From positions 1 to 35,091 of the forward strand of contig JACPSA010000041.1 of NCBI GenBank assembly GCA_016193545.1: 35,091 nucleotides of DNA. The letters run 5' to 3'. Both the position numbers and the translations under genes were made by a program. This DNA comes from Chloroflexota bacterium (lineage in GTDB: Bacteria > Chloroflexota > Dehalococcoidia > Dehalococcoidales > UBA2162). Of the stretch, positions 1-7,170 are shown one piece after another. Below the pieces are notes generated by a model. It saw only the letters and a list, made by a program, of their open reading frames with translations. It did not search any database and had not been told where the DNA came from. Positions within the stretch are counted from its first letter, which is position 1. Each line of letters opens with the position of its first letter.

Positions 1-1006
1 CCAGTAAATCGATACTGAAACGGCCCCGAATATCATCCAGGTAAATTCCCTGGGAAAGCCTCAGTCCGAGGATGACTGTTTCCGCCAACTCCAACTCCGG
101 GTTTATTACCTCGTCCAGGTCCAGCGCTGGCGGCAGATTATGCGAAAAGGCAGCCAGGTACTTATCCAGGCTTTTAGTATTAGCCAGGCGGTGACCGTCC
201 AGGTAGGAATGAGCAGCGACGCCGGCTCCCAGATAGGGCCGGTTTTGCCAGTAGGTCAGATTATGCGGGCACTCCCGCCCCGGTTTTGCCCAGTTTGATA
301 TCTCATAGTGGTGATAGCCGTGTGCAGCCAGCAGGTCTTCGGCCAGTTCATACTGGTCGGCACTGGCGTCAGGGTCGATATCAGGTAAACGATGCTCCTT
401 GATTGCTCGCCACATCGGTGTCTCCTTTTCCAGACTGAGGCAATAGAGAGAAAGATGCTCCGGCCCCATCTTGATTACTTCATCCAGCGTCTTCTGCCAG
501 TCCGGCCGAGTTTGACCGGGCAACCCGTAAATAAGGTCTAAGTTCAAGTTCGTGAATCCAGACTTTCGGGCAGAGAATACCGCGTCTCTAGCTTGTACGC
601 TGGTATGAATACGGCCCAGCAGTGCCAGTTCCCCGTCATGTAAACTTTGTATTCCCAGACTCAGGCGGTTAACCCCCAGCGCTCTGATGGCGGTAAGGTA
701 GCTTGTGTCGACCGTGCCCGGATTGGCTTCAGTGGTTACTTCAGCCATTTTATCCACAGTAAATAGTGAACTGATGCTGGATAGAATATCCTCAATCTGC
801 TGGCTAATAAGTAAACTGGGAGTACCTCCGCCAAGATAGATACTGCGCACACGTTTTCCGTCAGCGCGCCGGGCGAGCTCATTCTTGAGGGCATTTATGT
901 AATTGGGAATGTCAGTCTCACGGCACTGGTATGAAACGAAAGAGCAGTAGTTACACTTGCGGTGACAAAAAGGGATATGTATGTAGAGAGCAATATCGTC
1001 AGACAC
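1..1006 (-). CDS. hemW: Radical SAM HemW/HemN-like protein (heme chaperone / oxygen-independent coproporphyrinogen III oxidase-like). The 3' end runs off the window.
   Basis: Absent from the ORF track because there is no stop inside the window. Reverse-strand translation from GTG at 1006-1004 reads VSDDIALYIHIPFCHRKCNYCSFVSY...YLGGGTPSLL...RLSLGIQSL...NLDLIYGLPGQT. This contains the CxxxCxxC radical-SAM motif and HemN/HemW family blocks. Confidence 0.8.
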   Translation of the reverse strand, partial: MSDDIALYIHIPFCHRKCNYCSFVSYQCRETDIPNYINALKNELARRADGKRVRSIYLGGGTPSLLISQQIEDILSSISSLFTVDKMAEVTTEANPGTVDTSYLTAIRALGVNRLSLGIQSLHDGELALLGRIHTSVQARDAVFSARKSGFTNLNLDLIYGLPGQTRPDWQKTLDEVIKMGPEHLSLYCLSLEKETPMWRAIKEHRLPDIDPDASADQYELAEDLLAAHGYHHYEISNWAKPGRECPHNLTYWQNRPYLGAGVAAHSYLDGHRLANTKSLDKYLAAFSHNLPPALDLDEVINPELELAETVILGLRLSQGIYLDDIRGRFSIDLL

Positions 1007-1062
1007 GGTTACAATTATAACAGATATAACCGATAAATTTTTGTCCCTTGTATCAGGCGTTC

Positions 1063-1091
1063 TTGACAAAGTCCGTTTGGCTAATTAGAGT
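1063..1091 (+). promoter_or_regulatory. Candidate sigma70-type promoter for the methyltransferase gene
   Basis: TTGACA (1063-1068), 17-nt spacer, TAGAGT (1086-1091). It lies about 50 nt upstream of the ATG at 1143, in the divergent intergenic region. Confidence 0.35.
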
Positions 1092-1142
1092 GTTCAGAGT
1101 TGACGAGGTGAAACTGGACGAACTGGAAAAGGTGAAGATGAT

Positions 1143-1901
1143 ATGACTGCTCCTCTGAAACCATTGTTGTGGTACAAAAAACTGGCTACGAAAAAGGGGC
1201 GGCTTGATGCCGGGGCGTTTCTGGTCGAAGGAAACCGGGCTATTCAGCAGATAATCGGTAATCGCCCAGATGAGATAATCGAGCTTCTGGCCATAGAAAA
1301 GCCGTCCTCTATTTACCGCAATTATGCCGTACGGTTGGTTACGGAAAGTCAGTTCCGCTCCATCTCCAGTACCAAGACACCGCAGGGAGTTATGGCCGTT
1401 GTCCGCCTGCCCGTAGATGTGTACTCCGGCAATCTGCCCCGGCATGTGGGCAGTAAAATCTTACTACTGGAAGATATTCAGGACCCGGGTAATGTGGGTA
1501 CTCTTATCCGTACTGCTGCGGCCTTTGATTTTTCGGGAGTCATTATGACCGAAAAGTGTGCTGACCCGCTATCGCCAAAATGTGTTCAGGCAACTGCAGG
1601 TGCCGTATTGTCGGTATGGCTGAGAAGAAGCACATGCTATTTTGAGCTGGCCGGGATACTGAAAAAAGAGGGCTATTTCCTGATAGCAGCTGAGCTCAGT
1701 GGAGTGCCTGAACCATCCATTCTTTATCACCAGAATAAATTACTGCTGGCGCTGGGCAACGAAGCCGCCGGACTTTCGAAAGCTATATTGGATGCAGCTG
1801 ATTACCGACTGCGAATCCCTACTGTCCGGGGAAAAGCGGAATCGCTGAACGTGGCCGCCTGTGGTGCAATCTGTATGTACTTAAGCTCACAAAAACCATG
1901 A
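1143..1901 (+). CDS. TrmH/SpoU-family RNA 2'-O-ribose methyltransferase
   Basis: 252-aa ORF with SpoU motifs: EDIQDPGNVGTLIRTAAAF, LALGNEAAGLS, IPTVRGKAESLNVAACGAICMY. Confidence 0.85.
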   Translation: MTAPLKPLLWYKKLATKKGRLDAGAFLVEGNRAIQQIIGNRPDEIIELLAIEKPSSIYRNYAVRLVTESQFRSISSTKTPQGVMAVVRLPVDVYSGNLPRHVGSKILLLEDIQDPGNVGTLIRTAAAFDFSGVIMTEKCADPLSPKCVQATAGAVLSVWLRRSTCYFELAGILKKEGYFLIAAELSGVPEPSILYHQNKLLLALGNEAAGLSKAILDAADYRLRIPTVRGKAESLNVAACGAICMYLSSQKP

Positions 1902-2030
1902 GGTGGCGCGGTCACTATTGATGGATTTCAAAAACAGCGCCGACAATGACGCCCCTATGGCATATTGGCTGGTTACCAGTAATGGAGCTAAATAAACCAC
2001 TGTGCGGTTATTCTTTTCCCGGTTTGCCGA

Positions 2031-2426
2031 CTACATCTGGACAAATGGTGATTTCTGTATATGTTTGTCTTTGGCAGCCAGCAGTGCCAGGTCTACGGCA
2101 ATAGCTTCTTGCCTGATTTTGTCCTGAAGTGTGGTCAGTTCCGATTCGAGAGTCGAAACCCTCAAGGCCACCGCATCAATCGCTCTGGTCGCTTCTTCTC
2201 TGACCTTGGCTACGGCTGCGTCGGCGGCTTTCTTAGCGGCTTCGGCGGCTCTCTCGCCGCTTATCTTTGCTTAGGCCGCGGCTTCCCTCGATTCTCTGGC
2301 GGCAGCTTGCGCTTGCCTTACCGCTTCCTCTACCCGCTTGATATAATTTTCAAGCTCATCCAGTATCTCCGGTAGAGGTTTGGTCATTATCTTGGGCTGT
2401 CTTGATTCCTCTGTTTTAGTGGTCAT
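2031..2426 (-). pseudogene. Ala-rich coiled-coil protein, PLPxILDE-motif family, paralog 1, interrupted by an in-frame TAA
   Basis: Not in the ORF track; the antisense ORF 2061..2375(+) is its mirror. AAGGAG lies 8 nt upstream of the ATG at 2426. The translation is MTTKTEESRQPKIMTKPLPEILDELENYIKRVEEAVRQAQAAARESREAAA*AKISGERAAEAAKKAADAAVAKV...VQM*. The internal TAA is at 2273-2271, where the paralogs have Glu (GAA). Confidence 0.7.
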
Positions 2427-2540
2427 TTAACTATCTCCTTCTCTGCCGGTTGGACGGTTCCCGGTCCCAGAGTATTAGTGGGAACTCTGAACCGCCAGTC
2501 AACCAACCTGATTAACTCTTATCCTGTAGGTCACTAAAGG

Positions 2541-2897
2541 CTATGTCTTGCCCCCAAGTTTTTTCTGCACGCTGGCGGTAGCTTCGATGATTGTCGAGTT
2601 TAATAGTCTGGCCAGTTCTAATGCGTCTGTGGCTGTCTTCTGGACTCTGGAGATTGCTTCAGCAGCAACTCTGGCGGCTTCGCCGGCAGCCTTTTCACCA
2701 GCCTGGCGGGCCTCTTCAGCCGCTTTTCTGGCATCTATAGCAGCTTCATTGGCTGCCAGGATACTATCATCAATCTCATCTAGGATTTGCGGAAGCGGCT
2801 GAGTCATTATTTTCTTTTGTTTGACATCGCCGGTCATTTTGCTCTCCCCCGGGTTCGGCTTTCCCGTTGTTTTCTTTGGGTCGTCTCTTTTGAACAT
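2541..2897 (-). CDS. Ala-rich coiled-coil protein, PLPxILDE-motif family, paralog 2 (small, no TM segment)
   Basis: The track ORF is 2541..2921. GGAGG (2907-2903) sits 5 nt upstream of the second ATG (2897), so MFKRDDPKK... is the likelier start. It contains KKIMTQPLPQILDEIDD followed by a helical Ala/Glu/Lys/Arg-rich sequence. Confidence 0.7.
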   Translation of the reverse strand: MFKRDDPKKTTGKPNPGESKMTGDVKQKKIMTQPLPQILDEIDDSILAANEAAIDARKAAEEARQAGEKAAGEAARVAAEAISRVQKTATDALELARLLNSTIIEATASVQKKLGGKT

Positions 2898-3120
2898 TGT
2901 GCCCTCCGTTAGTTCTTTCATCTATTCAAGCCCGTAGCAATAATAATAACGGTGACGGAACTTGAATGTTACCTTCTATATCGATTGAAAGGGCCATTCT
3001 CTGCAGAACAATCCTTCTATCTTGTGTTTAGTATCTCGGTTATCTATTCTGGACATCCAGACGTTATGCTCTAGTGCCGGGTCTTTCGGCTAACTAAGCG
3101 CCGTTGGCCCATTTACAATC

Positions 3121-3492
3121 TCACCTTGACAAACCATAGTAAGATATGAAGGTGCTGAAAGCTACCGAGGCAACCACGGCCCCCAGAATCAGTACTATGG
3201 CAAAGACGAGGAACTCCCATGAAGAGAGGAGTTTTTTCAATAGTGCCGCGGGGAGGGCTGCTGCAGCCTTGGCCCCAGCCTCTTCAGCTACCTTTGCCGC
3301 TGCAGCCGCAATCTCTCTGGCTGTTCTGGCTACTTCCTCAGCATGGGCCGCAGCCTCTGCGGTCACTCTCTTGGCTTCCTCGGCCGCCGCTCTAGCGGCT
3401 GCCGCTACCGCTTCAGCCCGTCGGGCGGCTGCCTCTGCTGCCCTCTTGGCCTCTTCGGCTTGGCGGGCCGCTTCAGCGCCTGCTGCCTTCAT
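3121..3492 (-). CDS. C-terminal fragment of the large Ala-rich protein, carrying the only TM (tail-anchor) segment
   Basis: 123-aa ORF, Ala-rich, ending in LLSSWEFLVFAIVLILGAVVASVAFSTFISYYGLSR (a hydrophobic helix). Its frame stays open upstream of the ATG and reads as a continuation of the 3489..5204 repeats (AKKAAEAAGLRAEKAAQAAREAAEAAAREAKEAAQAAMKAAG...). Confidence 0.75.
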   Translation of the reverse strand: MKAAGAEAARQAEEAKRAAEAAARRAEAVAAAARAAAEEAKRVTAEAAAHAEEVARTAREIAAAAAKVAEEAGAKAAAALPAALLKKLLSSWEFLVFAIVLILGAVVASVAFSTFISYYGLSR

Positions 3493-5204
3493 TGCTGCCT
3501 GAGCGGCTTCTTTAGCCTCTCTGGCCGCCGCTTCAGCTGCTTCTCTAGCGGCTTGGGCCGCTTTCTCGGCTCTGAGTCCGGCGGCTTCCGCTGCCTTCTT
3601 GGCGCTTCTCTGGCCGCGGCTTCGGCTGCTTCTCTAGCGGCTTGAGCCGCTTTCTCGGCTCTGAGTCCGGCGGCTTCCGCTGCCTTCTTGGCTTCTTCGG
3701 CTTTGCGGGCAGCTTCCTCACTAGCGGCCTTCATTGCCTTGGCCGCCGCCTCTTCAGCCTCTTTGGATGCCTTCTTAGCGGCTGCAGCGGCTACTTCAGC
3801 AGCTCTGGATAATTCTTCGGCTCTGGTCACTAACTGGTGTAAAGCCTGTGATGCGGCCTCGATGGCTTCATCACCGGCGATATCAGCTTGCTCTGCCTTC
3901 TGGCGAATCTTATCGGCGACATCGAAGCCCCTGGCTGCCGTTTCTTTAGCCTCTTGTCCGGCCTCTTCAGTCCTCTCGGCAATTTTCCCTGAAACCCGGG
4001 TAGCCGCTCCGATAGCTTCGTCACCAGCAGCAACAGCCGCCTGTGCTTTAATTCGCGTATCTTCTGCCGCCTGGAAAGCGGTGCCGGCGGCTCTTTTTGC
4101 TTTTCTACCTGCCTGCTCCGACTTGGTCGCTGTATCCGCGGCTAATTTCTTGGCAAGTTCAGCCCGGGCGGCTTTAGCTTCCTTGGCGCTGGCATCAGCC
4201 TGTTTGCCGGCAGCATTAGCCGTTTCAATGGCTTCCTGTACTGCCTGAGTGGCCAGCCTGGCATTCTCTTCAGCTCTAGCTGCCGTTTCCTCAGCCGCCT
4301 GAGCTGCAGCTGCGGCTGCTTCCTTGGCAGCGAGGTCCACATCCTCAGACCTTCTGGTGGCTTCCTCAGCGGCAGCTATGGCCGCTCTGGCTGTCTTTTC
4401 AGCTTTGGCGGCGGCTTCTTCAGCCCTTTCGGCCGCCTCTCTGGCCGCGCGAATAGCTTCTTCGGCCGCTTCTTCGGCTCTTCGGGCCGCTTCTTCCGCA
4501 GCCATGGTAGCTGCCTCGGCGGCTTTCTGGGCTGCCTCAGCGGCGGCCGTGGCAGCAGCGCCTGCTTCCTCGGCTCTTTGGGCAGCTGCTTCAGCAGCTA
4601 GGGTGGCTGCCTCCCCGGCTTCTTTGGCCAGTCTGGCGGCTTCTTCAGCGGCCTTGGTGGCGGCTTCTCCGGCTTTTCTGGCTAGTTTGGCTGCCTCCTC
4701 TGCCCTCTTGGCAGCGTCAGCGGCGGCTTTTTCGGCCGCTTTGGTGGCTGCCTGAGCTGCGGCCGTGGCTGCGGCTCCTGCTTGCTCGGCTCTTCTAGCC
4801 GCTGCTTCAGCCGCCTTCTTAAATTCTTCAATGGCTTTCTTAGCGGCTTTATCGGCCTCTTCTGCCTTCCTGGCGGCGGCTTCGGCCGCTAGCCTGGCAG
4901 CTCTAGCTGTCTCTTCAGCTTTGGCGGCGGCGGCTGCCGCCGAACGAGTCGCGGTCTCGGCCGCTTTCTCGCCAGCTAAGCGAGCTTCCTCAGCCCTTTT
5001 TTCGGCCTCTAAAGAAGCTTTAGTGGCTGCTTCGGCGGCCTGCCTGGCTGACCGGGCGGCTTCCTCAGCCCTACGGGCAGCTTCGGCTACCGTACGAATA
5101 TTGTCATCCATCTCGTCGAGAATCTGGGGAAGGGGTCTTGCCATTATTTTGGGTGGCGCCGGTGGCTTCTGCTCGCCGGATGGCCTGACATTTCTGGTAG
5201 TCAT
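3489..5204 (-). CDS. Large Ala-rich coiled-coil protein, PLPxILDE-motif family, paralog 3 (frameshifted near its 3' end)
   Basis: 571-aa ORF. AAGGAGG lies 6 nt upstream of the ATG at 5204. The N-terminus is MTTRNVRPSGEQKPPAPPKIMARPLPQILDEMDDNIR. The body is very Ala-rich with AEEAAR/AKKAAE periodicity and internal duplications (RRAEQAGAAATAAAQAATKAAE versus QRAEEAGAAATAAAEAAQKAAE). The last ~37 aa (PRRQRKPPDSEPRKRPKPLEKQLKRRPERLKKPLRQQ) are an out-of-frame reading of the same repeat. Confidence 0.8.
   Translation of the reverse strand: MTTRNVRPSGEQKPPAPPKIMARPLPQILDEMDDNIRTVAEAARRAEEAARSARQAAEAATKASLEAEKRAEEARLAGEKAAETATRSAAAAAAKAEETARAARLAAEAAARKAEEADKAAKKAIEEFKKAAEAAARRAEQAGAAATAAAQAATKAAEKAAADAAKRAEEAAKLARKAGEAATKAAEEAARLAKEAGEAATLAAEAAAQRAEEAGAAATAAAEAAQKAAEAATMAAEEAARRAEEAAEEAIRAAREAAERAEEAAAKAEKTARAAIAAAEEATRRSEDVDLAAKEAAAAAAQAAEETAARAEENARLATQAVQEAIETANAAGKQADASAKEAKAARAELAKKLAADTATKSEQAGRKAKRAAGTAFQAAEDTRIKAQAAVAAGDEAIGAATRVSGKIAERTEEAGQEAKETAARGFDVADKIRQKAEQADIAGDEAIEAASQALHQLVTRAEELSRAAEVAAAAAKKASKEAEEAAAKAMKAASEEAARKAEEAKKAAEAAGLRAEKAAQAAREAAEAAAREAPRRQRKPPDSEPRKRPKPLEKQLKRRPERLKKPLRQQ
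3514..3691. repeat. Two tandem copies of an 89-bp unit inside the Ala-rich gene
   Basis: Copy 3514-3602 versus copy 3603-3691. CCTTCTTGG recurs at 3594-3602 and 3683-3691, giving a period of 89. About 6 mismatches per 89. The period is not a multiple of 3. Confidence 0.85.
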
Positions 5205-5290
5205 TATTGTCCTCCTTGCCTTAGAGCATGAAATATCTCATGCGCCTGTTTTATAGGGAGCTCGTTAGCGGGCGTCATACTATCGAAAAT

Positions 5291-5323
5291 TCGTGTCATG
5301 AATATGTGACATCTATAACACGA
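5291..5323 (-). promoter_or_regulatory. Nested inverted repeat in the leader of the large Ala-rich gene (possible operator or leader hairpin)
   Basis: tcgtgtcatgaatatgtgacatctataacacga. The outer arms are TCGTGT (5291-5296) and ACACGA (5318-5323). The inner arms are TGTCA (5294-5298) and TGACA (5307-5311). Confidence 0.3.
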
Positions 5324-5341
5324 ATAGTTTATCACTGATGA

Positions 5342-5370
5342 ATAGTATCACCCCTAAATGGAAAAGTCAA
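5342..5370 (-). promoter_or_regulatory. Candidate sigma70-type promoter for the large Ala-rich gene
   Basis: In the minus sense: TTGACT (5370-5365), 17-nt spacer, TACTAT (5347-5342). It lies about 140 nt upstream of the ATG at 5204. Confidence 0.35.
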
Positions 5371-5377
5371 TATATAT

Positions 5378-5545
5378 TCAGGCGTTATTGTCATGGTTTT
5401 CTTCAGCTATCGGGTTGAAGAAAGCGGTAAAGCCGTAGAAGGCTGCGCCGCCACAAATAAGGAACATGAACCAGGAGGCAGCTACTATCTACCATCCGTA
5501 GAAGACACTATTCAGTGACCTCTTAATCGAGGTAAAAAAATTCAT
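5378..5545 (-). pseudogene. Relic of the N-terminus of an MFS-type transporter
   Basis: Minus-strand reading: MNFFTSIKRSLNSVFYGW*IVAASWFMFLICGGAAFYGFTAFFNPIAEENHDNNA*. It resembles the FYGWWIV...FYxF..FF.P N-terminal block of many MFS permeases. TAG (5491-5489) sits where a second Trp is expected, and only ~55 codons remain. Confidence 0.5.
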
Positions 5546-5586
5546 TACTGCCACACGAAATACCGTATACTAACGAAGCCACAACA

Positions 5587-7170
5587 CTAAGAGACTGTTC
5601 TGCTAACCCGGGCAGCGGCCGGTGTAAAAGTCATCTTGAGGAGGCGGGAATAGAGACCTCCTTGCGCGGAGAGTGCCTCATGACGTCCGACTTCAACAAT
5701 CCGTCCGTTGTCGAGTACGATGATACGGTCAGCATTGCGCGCTGTCGACAGGCGGTGGGCAATGACTATGGCCGTTCTCCCTTTCAGTAATTTTTCCAGA
5801 GCTTGCTGGATGATATGTTCACTGTAGGAGTCCACGTTAGCCGTGGCTTCATCCAGCAGCAGGATGACCGGGTTAACCAGCAGGGCACGGGCAAAGCTGA
5901 TGAGTTGACGCTGGCCCATACTCAAGTTCTGCCCTCGTTCCTGCAGCCAGGTATCATATCCCTTTTCCATCTTGATGATAAAATCATGGGCACCGACAGT
6001 GCTGGCGGCGGCGACTATCTCCTCGTCGGTAGCTTCCAGGTTACCGTAGCGTATGTTATCCCGAATAGTGCCTGAGAAGAGGAACGGCTCCCGAGGCACC
6101 AGCCCCAGCTGCCGTCGGTAGGCAGTCTGGTCAATCTGGCGCAGGTCATTACCATCAATCAATATCCGTCCACTGGTGGCGTCATAGAAACGGTCAATAA
6201 GGCTGACGATGGTGCTCTTACCCGCCCCTGTAGGTCCCACCAGCGCCACCGTCTCTCCCGGTGAAATATGCAGGTTAATGTCATGAAGGACCTCCAGCCC
6301 GGGTTCATAGCTGAAAGAGATATCTTCAAATTTAATTTCACCTTTTAAGTGAGGTACCTTGATGCTTTGAGAGCTATCCGCTATTTCCGGCTTTACGTCC
6401 AGAAGCTCGAAGATACGGTTGCCTGAGGCCATTGCCCTCTGTAGCTGGGTATATTCCATGGTCATCGTTCTAATCGGGTCAAAGAACTCCTGTATATAGA
6501 GAGCGAAAGCCACCAGAGTGCCCACGAGAAGTGTTCCCCGCAGTACACTCATGCCACCGAAGATAATAATCAGCGCCATAGCCAGTGCCACCAGTAATTC
6601 CACCACCGGCATCATTATTGCTGATAGCTTGGCTGCTTCAAGGTTGGCTTCAAAATGGGCACGGTTGACCTGTTCAAAACGCCGGGAATTCTCATTCTCC
6701 CGGGACAGGCTCTGGATAACCCGGACGCCGGAGATATTTTCCTGGAGAGCAGTATTTACCGCTGATATGGCACGCCTCACCTTAATGAAAGACTGGCGTA
6801 CCCTCTTTTGCCAGAAGAATATGAATAGAAAGAGGAGGGGGATAACGGATAAAGTGACCAGAGCCAGGTTAAAGGCCATGGCAAACATAGCTGCGACTAT
6901 TGCTATCAGGCTAATTATCTCGCCGGCTACCCAGAAAGCTCCGGAATCAAGAAAGTCACCCAGTTGCTCTACGTCATTCTGCACCCGGGACATGATGCGG
7001 CCGACTTCATTATGGTCGAAAAAACTCACGGAAAGGCGCTGCAGGTGGTCGAAGACCTGGCTGCGCAGACTGAGCAGGATACCCTGCCCGATAGTTGCTT
7101 CGGCTCTGATTTGGGTGTAATAAGACGCCAGGTTAAGCAGGGAATTGCCCAGGAAAAGCAGGATAATCAT
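5587..7170 (-). CDS. ABC exporter, fused permease/ATPase half-transporter (MsbA/MdlB-like), N-terminally truncated
   Basis: 527-aa ORF with the ABC TMD, Walker A GPTGAGKST, signature LSMGQRQ and Walker B ILLLDEATA. The ORF begins inside TM2, so the first ~55 residues (TM1) are missing when compared with its partner. Confidence 0.85.
   Translation of the reverse strand: MIILLFLGNSLLNLASYYTQIRAEATIGQGILLSLRSQVFDHLQRLSVSFFDHNEVGRIMSRVQNDVEQLGDFLDSGAFWVAGEIISLIAIVAAMFAMAFNLALVTLSVIPLLFLFIFFWQKRVRQSFIKVRRAISAVNTALQENISGVRVIQSLSRENENSRRFEQVNRAHFEANLEAAKLSAIMMPVVELLVALAMALIIIFGGMSVLRGTLLVGTLVAFALYIQEFFDPIRTMTMEYTQLQRAMASGNRIFELLDVKPEIADSSQSIKVPHLKGEIKFEDISFSYEPGLEVLHDINLHISPGETVALVGPTGAGKSTIVSLIDRFYDATSGRILIDGNDLRQIDQTAYRRQLGLVPREPFLFSGTIRDNIRYGNLEATDEEIVAAASTVGAHDFIIKMEKGYDTWLQERGQNLSMGQRQLISFARALLVNPVILLLDEATANVDSYSEHIIQQALEKLLKGRTAIVIAHRLSTARNADRIIVLDNGRIVEVGRHEALSAQGGLYSRLLKMTFTPAAARVSRTVS

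Noticed and set aside
1053-1445. 130-aa minus-strand ORF overlapping the methyltransferase gene
   Set aside because: It lies entirely inside or opposite the well-supported SpoU-family CDS and its promoter region. It has no recognisable motifs.
2061-2802. Plus-strand ORFs 2061..2375 and 2548..2802
   Set aside because: They are antisense shadows of Ala-rich paralogs 1 and 2. The minus-strand frames carry the SD plus the K-I-M-x-x-P-L-P-x-I-L-D-E motif.
3595-3612. Programmed -1 ribosomal frameshift joining ORF 3489..5204 to ORF 3121..3492
   Set aside because: The junction (GAA GCG CCA AGA) has no X XXY YYZ slippery heptamer and no obvious downstream stimulatory structure. The shift coincides exactly with the boundary of an 89-bp duplication, so a mutational or assembly origin is more likely.
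3146-5256. Long plus-strand ORFs (3146..3502, 3343..3645, 3688..4248, 4324..4755, 4765..5256) encoding Ala/Ser-rich peptides
   Set aside because: They are mirror images of the GCN-rich minus-strand gene, because the antisense of Ala codons is again open and Ala/Ser-rich. They have no SD or start context. The minus-strand frame has a strong SD and the conserved family motif.
5489-5491. TAG in the MFS-like fragment as pyrrolysine or read-through codon
   Set aside because: The ORF ends after only ~36 more codons, with no transporter body. No pyl genes or PYLIS-like context were seen. It is consistent with a decayed relic.
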